From Bacilli bacterium (lineage in GTDB: Bacteria; Bacillota_I; Bacilli_A; RF39; UBA660), in NCBI GenBank assembly GCA_028706395.1, contig JAQWBL010000003.1, forward strand, positions 14,039-78,038: a stretch of 64,000 nt of DNA, given 5' to 3'. The translations under genes were made by a program, and so were the position numbers. Positions 1-6,700 of this stretch are shown in pieces. The notes beneath the pieces were generated by a model. That model made no database searches. It was not told where the DNA came from and was given only the letters and a program-made list of their open reading frames with translations. The number at the start of each line of letters is the position of its first letter. The stretch's first letter is position 1.

Positions 1-1
1 G

Positions 2-1150
2 AAAAAAGAAAAAACCTCTATTTTTTTAGATTTAGCTGATGAAATAATTGCCAATCTTCCGTATCGCTTAAATAATAAAACTTATCTTTTAATTCCTGAC
101 CAAGAAAAAGAATTAATGGAAACAGCTTATGAATATTATTTTTCTAAAAACGAAGCCATGCCTATCTCTTTAACTTTAAAGATATCAGAGATAATGAAAA
201 AATTTAATGAAGTAGCACAAAAATTAGGGTTTACAGTTATAACAAAAATGAGTGATTATCATAATGATGGTCAACTATTTGATTTGTTGGGTATAGAATC
301 CATCAATAAAGGTTTAATCGAAGAAGAAGCAATTAATCTTCCCAATGTTAAAGTCCCTTTGACATTATCTGTTGATGATTATTTAAAAAACATTTTTTTA
401 CCAGTTGTTTTTAAAAACAGCACAGCTAATCGTGGTGAAGATAAATATTTAATTGAAACTAAAGAACAATTAAAAAAAATCATATCATTATTTGAATTAC
501 CCGAAAGTAAGGAAATAAACTTAAAAAGTGAATTCGTTGTTCAAGAATATGTTAAGAGTTTTGAAGGAGTTAACAGTTCTATTCGAGTATTTACTTCTTG
601 TACAGGTGATATATTATCTTCATTATTTTTAGTATCAATGGATAAAACTCCTAAAAAAAGGATTAAAAACTTTGGTATTAATGTTTTTAATCCTTGTGAA
701 TATTTAAATGATCCAAATTCCCCTTATTATCTCAATGCTAAAAGTATTATCTCTAATGCCGCTGGTGGTGGCAGAGTAATACCGTTAAATAAAGAAACAA
801 GTAATCTTAGCGCAAATGATGAAATAATGCTAACTCTTCACGAAATCAATATAGATACTTTAGATTTACCAAAAACAATAGTCGAACAATGTAAGGAAAT
901 ATCCACATTCTTTGGATCTAAAAAGGGTATTGTGTTAGGAATTGATTTTATCTATAATTCCAATGATGATAATTGGTATTACTTAGAAACAAATAGAAAT
1001 CCATCAGTTGAAGGTTATAGGCGTTATATGAACTTAAACGGATACCTAAAAAAGGATGTAAAATCCCTTATGCATCTAGATTCTTTAACTAAAATTGTTG
1101 AAAACATTATGACTAAGGATATGACCGAAAACAAAACAAGATCAAAATAA
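2..1150 (+). CDS. ATP-grasp-fold ligase-like protein, 5' end probably outside the window
   Basis: ORF track gives 116..1150. The same frame stays open back to nt 2 (38 stop-free codons in AT-rich DNA), so the true start is likely upstream. PVVFKNSTANRGEDKYLI, FVVQEYV, IRVFT and GIDFIY..WYYLETNRNPS resemble the ATP-grasp pattern. TAA stop is followed by a hairpin. Confidence 0.5.
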   Translation, partial: KKEKTSIFLDLADEIIANLPYRLNNKTYLLIPDQEKELMETAYEYYFSKNEAMPISLTLKISEIMKKFNEVAQKLGFTVITKMSDYHNDGQLFDLLGIESINKGLIEEEAINLPNVKVPLTLSVDDYLKNIFLPVVFKNSTANRGEDKYLIETKEQLKKIISLFELPESKEINLKSEFVVQEYVKSFEGVNSSIRVFTSCTGDILSSLFLVSMDKTPKKRIKNFGINVFNPCEYLNDPNSPYYLNAKSIISNAAGGGRVIPLNKETSNLSANDEIMLTLHEINIDTLDLPKTIVEQCKEISTFFGSKKGIVLGIDFIYNSNDDNWYYLETNRNPSVEGYRRYMNLNGYLKKDVKSLMHLDSLTKIVENIMTKDMTENKTRSK

Positions 1151-1173
1151 ATATAATATAGCTATAAAAAATC

Positions 1174-1205
1174 AAAAGAACCTTAATAAACAAAGGTTCT
1201 TTTTT
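1174..1205. terminator. bidirectional intrinsic terminator between convergent genes
   Basis: AAAAGAACCTT (1174-1184) pairs perfectly with AAGGTTCTTTT (1193-1203), 8-nt loop. A-run lies before and T-run after the hairpin. Confidence 0.75.
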
Positions 1206-1209
1206 ATAA

Positions 1210-1677
1210 TTATTTTTTTTCTATAAGTTTTAGAGCCTTATCAATCGTTTCTTCCAAAGTTTCAAATATTTCTTTATTAGATTCCTTTTTATATAACCAA
1301 TCTAAATATTTTATTTTTTTTGCATTATTAGGACGTCCATATATAATTTTCTCTGGTTTTTTAGCAAGCCAATAACCAAACTCTACATTAGTAGTAAATG
1401 CTGGCATTTTTTCCAATTCCCTTGGCACCCAAAAAATTATGATTGTAGCATTTGTAAGAGCTTCTCTTTCTCATTCAGCTTGATCAATATAATCATTTTT
1501 ACGTATAAGCTCATCCTCTGGAATATATACAATTCCATCAAATTTTCTTTTCCTTAAATATTTGATTGCTTCAATTCTCCAAGAAATAGTATCTTCATCT
1601 CTTGGTGTTGGTCCAGCCAAAAATATTGAATTTTTATTACTAATAATAACATTCTTATCTGAATAATTTAGTTCCAT
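1210..1677 (-). pseudogene. nucleoside 2-deoxyribosyltransferase-like protein interrupted by one in-frame TGA
   Basis: ORFs 1471..1677 and 1210..1428 are in the same frame, separated only by TGA (1471-1473). The joined product is about 155 aa: ..SIFLAGPTPRDEDTISWRIEAIKYL..VYIPE..DYIDQAE-[TGA]-EREALTNATIIIFWVPRELEKMPAFTTNVEFGYW. This reads as one Nuc_deoxyri_tr2-type domain. SD AAGAGG precedes the ATG at 1677. Confidence 0.6.
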
Positions 1678-1721
1678 TGTTTACCTCTTTTCCTCTATGT
1701 TAATTATATATCATTTTAAAC

Positions 1722-1749
1722 AAAAAACGAACCACCTATTGGAAGTTCG
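1722..1749 (-). terminator. intrinsic terminator, candidate original tRNA-His terminator
   Basis: Minus strand reads CGAACTTCC-AATA-GGTGGTTCG followed by TTTTTTG (5 bp + 2x2 internal mismatch + 2 bp stem). It lies 6 nt beyond direct-repeat copy 1756-1769. Confidence 0.5.
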
Positions 1750-1755
1750 CTTCAA

Positions 1756-1769
1756 TTTCTTAATGGGGC
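1756..1769. repeat. 14-bp direct repeat, distal copy (TTTCTTAATGGGGC)
   Basis: Identical to 3519-3532 in the same orientation. The other copy overlaps the tRNA-His 3' end. Confidence 0.7.
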
Positions 1770-1806
1770 TTTAGTCATCTATTTTATCAACCCTATATCT
1801 CACTAG

Positions 1807-1890
1807 TTAAAAACACAATATCGCGTTTAATAGTGAAAGTCCAGCGATTTGAAGGAAATAAATTTGATTGTTGTTTGAATTTTCATTCAT
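1807..1890 (-). CDS. 27-aa hydrophobic micro-ORF downstream of heliorhodopsin
   Basis: Not in the ORF track (below 60 aa). ATG at 1888-1890 is preceded by GAGGGGA SD 4 nt upstream. Translation is MNENSNNNQIYFLQIAGLSLLNAILCF, TAA stop. Starts 36 nt after the heliorhodopsin stop. Confidence 0.35.
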   Translation of the reverse strand: MNENSNNNQIYFLQIAGLSLLNAILCF

Positions 1891-1926
1891 AATATCCCCT
1901 CATTTTTTCAAAAATATATATTTAAA

Positions 1927-2706
1927 CTATGGTTGCATTGCTCCAAATAAAACTAACCAAGCTAACGCTGTTTTAGCAACAAGACTAAGTATAATATAAA
2001 CTCTTTCTCCATATAAATAATCTTTCCACTTACCTACTTTTTTATATTGTAGAATCATATTAATTGGGAATGTATTAAAGGCAACAAAATATGTTGCAAC
2101 TATAGCCCATACAAACCATGGAACCATATCTAAATTACCATTTCCAAACATATATATTAATATTACTATCCAAGGAGTTAATCCAGCAATTGTTCCCCAT
2201 AAAAAGGGTTCCCAATTAACTTTCTTTTTATCTTCTCCTTTATTTAATTGTTCCATTACTAATCCAAATATATTCATTAATGCATTAACAACAAATATTA
2301 ATATTAATGAACTAATATCATATACTCCAAATAATGTAGCAATTAATACTATCATTATAGAAGATGATAAAGCATATTCTATCCATCTGAATTTATTGAT
2401 TCCTTCTTTTAAACCTTCAACATATTTTTCCTTTTTATAAACTATAAAGAAATGTGCGAATGCTGATATGAATAAAAACATTGATACTAAAATACCAAAT
2501 GGTAAATCAAATAATGGTTTAGAAGCTTGTTGTAATGATTGAGTAGCAGTATTATATTCGATGAATAATTTTGTTATTGTAGGTGAAAATTCTGCTATCT
2601 TACTTATAACTGAAGTTGCTAATAATAACATTATTATTGCTTGTATTAGATGTAAAAAACCCATGTTTCTATTAAATTTAATTAATTTTTCATATTTATC
2701 TTTCAT
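1927..2706 (-). CDS. heliorhodopsin (7-TM retinal protein, inverted-topology rhodopsin family)
   Basis: 259 aa. Full-length similarity to heliorhodopsin 48C12 as I recall it: FNRNMGFLHLIQ, FRWIEYALSSSIMIVLIA (E110 counterion position), IAGLTPWIVILIYM, GERVYIILSLVAKTALAW (K245 at the Schiff-base Lys position), plus H19 and H85. SD AGGAGG at 2711-2716. Confidence 0.9.
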   Translation of the reverse strand: MKDKYEKLIKFNRNMGFLHLIQAIIMLLLATSVISKIAEFSPTITKLFIEYNTATQSLQQASKPLFDLPFGILVSMFLFISAFAHFFIVYKKEKYVEGLKEGINKFRWIEYALSSSIMIVLIATLFGVYDISSLILIFVVNALMNIFGLVMEQLNKGEDKKKVNWEPFLWGTIAGLTPWIVILIYMFGNGNLDMVPWFVWAIVATYFVAFNTFPINMILQYKKVGKWKDYLYGERVYIILSLVAKTALAWLVLFGAMQP

Positions 2707-2714
2707 ATATCCTC

Positions 2715-2927
2715 CTATTTAATTAACATATAAAAATAATAAGTTATTGTTGATACTATATTAGATAATGAGAATCCCCATATTAAATCTATAATAGTAA
2801 TTTTTAATGACCATTCTTTTATTGTAGCTAAATTTATTAAATCAAATATTACCACCTTTCTTAACAAAACAAGGTATGAACTTGCTTGTTTTCTTTGAAT
2901 ATTCTTGAAATTCTTTATTATTCTCAT
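2715..2927 (-). CDS. hypothetical 70-aa protein (possible small membrane protein), doubtful
   Basis: ORF track only. No SD upstream of the ATG. The C-terminal half is hydrophobic (IIDLIWGFSLSNIVSTITYYFYMLI). Its TAG stop overlaps the heliorhodopsin SD. Confidence 0.25.
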   Translation of the reverse strand: MRIIKNFKNIQRKQASSYLVLLRKVVIFDLINLATIKEWSLKITIIDLIWGFSLSNIVSTITYYFYMLIK

Positions 2928-3117
2928 ATTTTTTTCTAATAAAGGTATTCCAGAAAAAAATACTAATAATTATGTAATCAATATTGGGCTTATTAAACCA
3001 CCTGTATACATTATATCATTTTTATGGCAAAAACTAAGTTTTACTTATGCAAATCTTAAATTTTAATAGATTTTCTTTCTAATTTCTATTTTCCTTTAAA
3101 ATTAAAATATGCTTTTG

Positions 3118-3335
3118 CTATTTCTTCAAATGATTCCTCTTTATGTTTTGAGATTGTTTATTATATTCTTTGTCATAGAAAAGATTTTCTATTGTTGCGT
3201 CTAATAAAATTAATAGTTTATACACTACATCTATTTTAGGTATAGTATTAACACTTTCAATTTGATTTATTTTTTTCTAGTAACTCCTAATTCCTTTGCT
3301 TAGTAATCTTGAGTTATATTTTTAGTTTTAAAAAA
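3118..3335 (-). pseudogene. decayed XRE-family helix-turn-helix repressor remnant
   Basis: Minus-strand frame reads FFKTKNITQDY*AKELGVTRKKINQIESVNTIPKIDVVYKLLILLDATIENLF.. This is the classic HTH_3 pattern, with TAA (3300-3302) where the conserved Leu (TTA) of 'eLA' belongs. No start codon; a stop lies immediately upstream (3336-3338). Confidence 0.55.
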
Positions 3336-3453
3336 TTATTTTATTTTATTTACTATCACTTTATCACCCTTTCTATTATACTGCGTAATGCTTTATTTTT
3401 AAAATGAGTAGTTTCAGTTACATAATTTGATCTGTTTTGTGTTTTTAAAGCAT

Positions 3454-3481
3454 AAAAAAAGAAGACTGCAAATATGCAATC
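3454..3481 (-). terminator. intrinsic terminator now following tRNA-His
   Basis: Minus strand reads GATTGCA-TATT-TGCAGTC (7-bp stem, 1 mismatch) followed by TTCTTTTTTT. Confidence 0.5.
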
Positions 3482-3518
3482 CCTTTATTTATAAGGCCCA
3501 TTTGATAATGAGCAGTAT

Positions 3519-3532
3519 TTTCTTAATGGGGC
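3519..3532. repeat. 14-bp direct repeat, tRNA-proximal copy (TTTCTTAATGGGGC)
   Basis: Covers the last 6 nt of tRNA-His (GCCCCA on the minus strand) plus the 8 nt downstream. Identical to 1756-1769. Confidence 0.7.
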
Positions 3533-3603
3533 GACTAGTGGGGATCGAACCCACGCATAACGGAACCACAATCCGCCGTGTTAACCACTTCACCATAGTC
3601 GCC
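3527..3603 (-). tRNA. tRNA-His (anticodon GTG)
   Basis: Minus strand GGCGACTATGGTGAAGTGGTTAACACGGCGGATTGTGGTTCCGTTATGCGTGGGTTCGATCCCCACTAGTCGCCCCA. Cloverleaf folds by hand; anticodon loop TTGTGGT; T-loop GGTTCGATCC. Encoded G-1 lies opposite C73 (His identity feature) and CCA is encoded. Confidence 0.9.
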
Positions 3604-3679
3604 ATGTATTAATATATTATCAAAAAAAGATTTAAAAAGCAACCTTTTTTGTTGTTTTCTTGAATATAGATTAAAGCCC

Positions 3680-3707
3680 ATACACTAATATCTTAATTTC
3701 ATACTAT
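3680..3707 (+). promoter_or_regulatory. possible mother-cell (sigma-E-like) promoter of the cotJ operon
   Basis: ATA (3680-3682), 17 nt, then CATACTAT (3700-3707) fits the ATA-N16-18-CATACAnT pattern. Lies 20 nt upstream of the cotJ start. B. subtilis cotJ is sigma-E dependent. Confidence 0.3.
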
Positions 3708-3726
3708 ATTTCGAGGAGGAATTTAG

Positions 3727-4149
3727 ATGAATAACTATCAAAATTATCCTAATAGCAATTATTACAAGAATATTAGTGATAATAATTATAATGCTACCAA
3801 TAATCTGTTTGACCCTTATACCGGTTTTATTCACGGTAATATGTTCCCATCCCTTTATGACCCTTACGAAATATCTAAACCATATGACATTCAACCACTT
3901 AATGATCAGGCACAGATGCTTACTTATATTGATGCTTTAAGTTTTGCAGCAATCGATTTAAATTTATATTTGGATGTTCACCCAGAAGATCGAAATATGC
4001 TTAATCTTTTCAATCAATATCGTACTCAATTAAATGATTTAAAGAAAGAATACGATTCAAAATATGGACCACTATTACTTAGTGGAGATTCATTAACTGC
4101 ATTTCCTTGGGCATGGAATAAGAAACCATGGCCATGGGAAAATAAATAG
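3727..4149 (+). CDS. cotJB: spore coat protein CotJB with an N-terminal CotJA-like extension (apparent CotJA-CotJB fusion)
   Basis: 140 aa. The C-terminal part shows the CotJB pattern LTYIDALSFAAIDLNLYLDVHPEDRNMLNLFNQY..YGPL..PWPWE. The N/Y-rich N-terminus ends in GNMFPSLYDPY, like the CotJA C-terminal motif. SD GAGGAGG; cotJC follows 10 nt later. Confidence 0.75.
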   Translation: MNNYQNYPNSNYYKNISDNNYNATNNLFDPYTGFIHGNMFPSLYDPYEISKPYDIQPLNDQAQMLTYIDALSFAAIDLNLYLDVHPEDRNMLNLFNQYRTQLNDLKKEYDSKYGPLLLSGDSLTAFPWAWNKKPWPWENK

Positions 4150-4159
4150 GAGGTAAATT

Positions 4160-4726
4160 ATGTGGATTTATGAAAAAAAACTTGAATATCCAATTAATAT
4201 AAAGCGTAAAGATACCGCAATGGCAAGATACTTGTTCGCACAGTACGGTGGCCCAGATGGTGAATTAGCGGCTGCTTTAAGATATTTAAATCAACGATAC
4301 ACAATGCCTGATGAACGAGGTAAAGCTTTATTAACTGATATTGGTACTGAGGAGATGGCGCATGTTGAAATGATTGCTACGATGATTTATCAATTAAGTG
4401 ATGATGCTTCAATTAAAGAATTTGAAGCTGCCGGTTTAGGTGGACATTATACTCAACATGATCATGCATTATTCCCAACTGATACTAATGGTGTACCTTT
4501 TACTTCAGCATATATTGAAGCAACTGGTGATTATTGGGCGGATTTAGAGAGTAACATGGCTGCTGAGCAAAGAGCTAGAGTGATGTATGAACATTTAATG
4601 AACGAAACCGATGATCCTGATGTTCTAGCACCCCTTTCATTCTTACGTCAAAGAGAAATTGTTCATTACACTAGATTTAAAGAGCTTCGCGATTACTATA
4701 TATCTAAATATAAAAGAAATACTTAA
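4160..4726 (+). CDS. cotJC: spore coat protein CotJC (manganese-catalase-like)
   Basis: 188 aa. YGGPDGELAAALRYLNQRY and GTEEMAHVEMIATMIYQL are typical of CotJC / Mn-catalase ferritin-like proteins. SD AGGAGG. Confidence 0.9.
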   Translation: MWIYEKKLEYPINIKRKDTAMARYLFAQYGGPDGELAAALRYLNQRYTMPDERGKALLTDIGTEEMAHVEMIATMIYQLSDDASIKEFEAAGLGGHYTQHDHALFPTDTNGVPFTSAYIEATGDYWADLESNMAAEQRARVMYEHLMNETDDPDVLAPLSFLRQREIVHYTRFKELRDYYISKYKRNT

Positions 4727-4751
4727 TTTTTAAGTATTTTTATTTACAAAA

Positions 4752-4775
4752 AAACTCTTATTAATATAAGAGTTT
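4752..4775. terminator. bidirectional terminator (cotJC / zinc-ribbon gene)
   Basis: AAACTCTTAT-taat-ATAAGAGTTT, a perfect 10-bp stem flanked by A-run and T-run. Confidence 0.8.
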
Positions 4776-4795
4776 AAATATTCATTATTTTATGA

Positions 4796-5020
4796 TTATT
4801 TATCTGTTCTGTATGCAAACGTACTATTTGAATCATTTCTTTTGAAATCATTTCTATTATTACGTTCTGCTTTTCTCTTAGCACGATCTTCTGGGCATCT
4901 TGCTGGTGGATTAGTAAATCCTTTTTCATCATAGAACGCTTGTTCTCCAGATGTCCAAACAAATTCTTTTCCACAATCTTTACAAATTAGAGTAATATCA
5001 TTGTATTCTTTATTTTCCAT
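4796..5020 (-). CDS. small zinc-ribbon protein with basic C-terminal tail
   Basis: 74 aa. CKDCGKEFVWTSGEQAFYDEKGF..PARCPEDR resembles the conserved 'probable zinc-ribbon' small-protein family. SD AAGGAGG. The overlapping ORF 4774..4974 is ignored. Confidence 0.6.
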   Translation of the reverse strand: MENKEYNDITLICKDCGKEFVWTSGEQAFYDEKGFTNPPARCPEDRAKRKAERNNRNDFKRNDSNSTFAYRTDK

Positions 5021-5191
5021 TTCGTAACCTCCTTTTTCGATTTGATTTAATACTTATTTGGGACTCCAAGAATTGGGAAGTAACGAAATAATTTTTAAAC
5101 CAATAATAATATAACACATCACTAATTAATATGCAAGTGTTTCGGCTATTTATACTTAATATTATAACTATTTATTAAAATTATTCATTTT

Positions 5192-6574
5192 TTATGCTTC
5201 CATAAGTTTATTAATAGATGAGCTTATTTTCGTGATAATATCACTAATTTCTTCTTCAGTTAATTCACTAACTAAAATTGTATTACCAATATTCTCACCT
5301 ATATCAGCACCTTTACTTATTTTTGATTGATCAACAAAACCGATACTAATTAATTCTTTTCCTTGCTTTGCAACTTTAATATTGAAATCCTTAATAACAG
5401 TATATTCAATATTTTGAGTAATAGTTTCATAATTTAATATAAATTTACCAATTATTGTATAATCTGTATTTATAAGATTTAAAGTAAAGATATAATCTTC
5501 TAAAAACTTTTCACCATTAATTGTTAAAATGGTATTGTCGGATAGCTTAATATTTATAATAAACTTATCAGGTTCTAATTTAAACGAAAATCTAAAAACA
5601 ACTTTATTGTTACTAAATAATTCAATAATATCTTCGCTACCAATAGTATAAACAATTTTTTCATCGACTCCATTTATTAATTCCATCATCACAATTTCAT
5701 TTGATAAATCCTTGTAATATACTGAAAACTCTATGTTTTTAGCACCCTTATTATCATCCATATCATTTTTTAATTCTATATTATATCTCTTTAATATATC
5801 TAAAGCTTTCTCATCCTTATTCACATAATCTATAATTTTTTTATATAATTCTTTTTGTTCATTTGGAGTTATTAATAAAGTTATTTTCTTAACACTTAAT
5901 TCTTTATTGTTTATACTAATATTTACTTTTGCATTTTTTATATTAGCTTCATTTAGATTTTCTAAAAAACTTTTTTTAATCAAATCACCTAGATAATTAA
6001 TTTCTTCAATTATTTTAGTAGTATTAGCTTCCTCTAACTTTTCGATTGTTCCAACTTCAATATATTTTTCATATATATTTTTCAAAAATAAATATTGCTT
6101 ATTTTGAATACTATAAAAATTTACATTAAACAATTCTTCTCTTTCTAAACTACCCAATATATTAAATATTGTTTTTTTATTAATCAAATCTTTTTCATGC
6201 TTATAAGTTATTTTTGTTTTATTAAGATTATTAATAATTGTTTTAGTGTTTTCATCTATTTCTTCACTATTTAATTTAATATCTAACAATATATCCCCAA
6301 CCGTTGTGGTATTTCCTTCAATATTAATATTACTTATTAATGGTTCATATAAATACTCAAGATTTCCTGTTATTTTTTCCATTCCTTTAATTAATAATCT
6401 TTTAGGACTAGAATATATTAAATAAAATGCACTAAAAAGGATTACTATAATTATTAGCAATGTTAACCCAATTGATAAAGAATTAATTCTTTTTCGTTTG
6501 TTTTTTGGTTTAATTATTTCATCGTCAAATGATATATCAATAATTTCAATATCTAGGTCATTATTTTCCTTCAT
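5192..6574 (-). CDS. hypothetical membrane-anchored protein (one N-terminal TM, large extracytoplasmic domain)
   Basis: Track ORF 5192..6610. I prefer the ATG at 6572-6574 (MKENNDLD..), which has SD AAAGGAGAA. TM segment is LSIGLTLLIIIVILFSAFYLIY. No recognisable family. Confidence 0.6.
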   Translation of the reverse strand: MKENNDLDIEIIDISFDDEIIKPKNKRKRINSLSIGLTLLIIIVILFSAFYLIYSSPKRLLIKGMEKITGNLEYLYEPLISNINIEGNTTTVGDILLDIKLNSEEIDENTKTIINNLNKTKITYKHEKDLINKKTIFNILGSLEREELFNVNFYSIQNKQYLFLKNIYEKYIEVGTIEKLEEANTTKIIEEINYLGDLIKKSFLENLNEANIKNAKVNISINNKELSVKKITLLITPNEQKELYKKIIDYVNKDEKALDILKRYNIELKNDMDDNKGAKNIEFSVYYKDLSNEIVMMELINGVDEKIVYTIGSEDIIELFSNNKVVFRFSFKLEPDKFIINIKLSDNTILTINGEKFLEDYIFTLNLINTDYTIIGKFILNYETITQNIEYTVIKDFNIKVAKQGKELISIGFVDQSKISKGADIGENIGNTILVSELTEEEISDIITKISSSINKLMEA

Positions 6575-6700
6575 AATATTCTCCTTTATTATATAAGTAT
6601 AGCACAACAATTTTTTAATATCTTTAATTTATAATTTTCTTCATGTCAATAATTTGTTAATTATAATATTAATCTCATATACTATATCGAGGTGTGTAAA

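Larger units (their letters stand above)
1756..3532 (-). mobile_element. putative fossil integrative cassette at tRNA-His 3' end (carries heliorhodopsin, no integrase left)
   Basis: 14-bp direct repeats at both ends, one overlapping the tRNA 3' end. An XRE-HTH pseudogene sits next to the tRNA. The cassette has an internal replacement terminator, and the displaced terminator lies just outside the distal repeat. Confidence 0.4.

Noticed and set aside
1471-1473. In-frame TGA as evidence for genetic code 4 (TGA = Trp, Mollicutes-like) in this AT-rich genome
   Set aside because: TGA works as a genuine stop with ATGA start-stop overlaps at 34204-34207 (gerA-like/gerC-like) and 38090-38093 (walJ/rlmH). 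The long ORFs (610-874 aa) are intact under code 11. The tRNA-Trp in the window has anticodon CCA, not UCA.
3427-3612. 61-aa plus-strand ORF from the track
   Set aside because: It runs antisense across tRNA-His and its terminator, has no SD, and is an artefact of the tRNA sequence.
3685-3894. 69-aa minus-strand ORF overlapping the cotJB 5' end
   Set aside because: It is antisense to a well-supported coat gene. It is an Ile-rich low-complexity translation typical of shadow frames in AT-rich DNA.
4774-4974. 66-aa ORF overlapping the zinc-ribbon gene in another frame
   Set aside because: It is on the same strand but an alternative frame of a gene with a clear CxxC motif and strong SD. It has no SD of its own.
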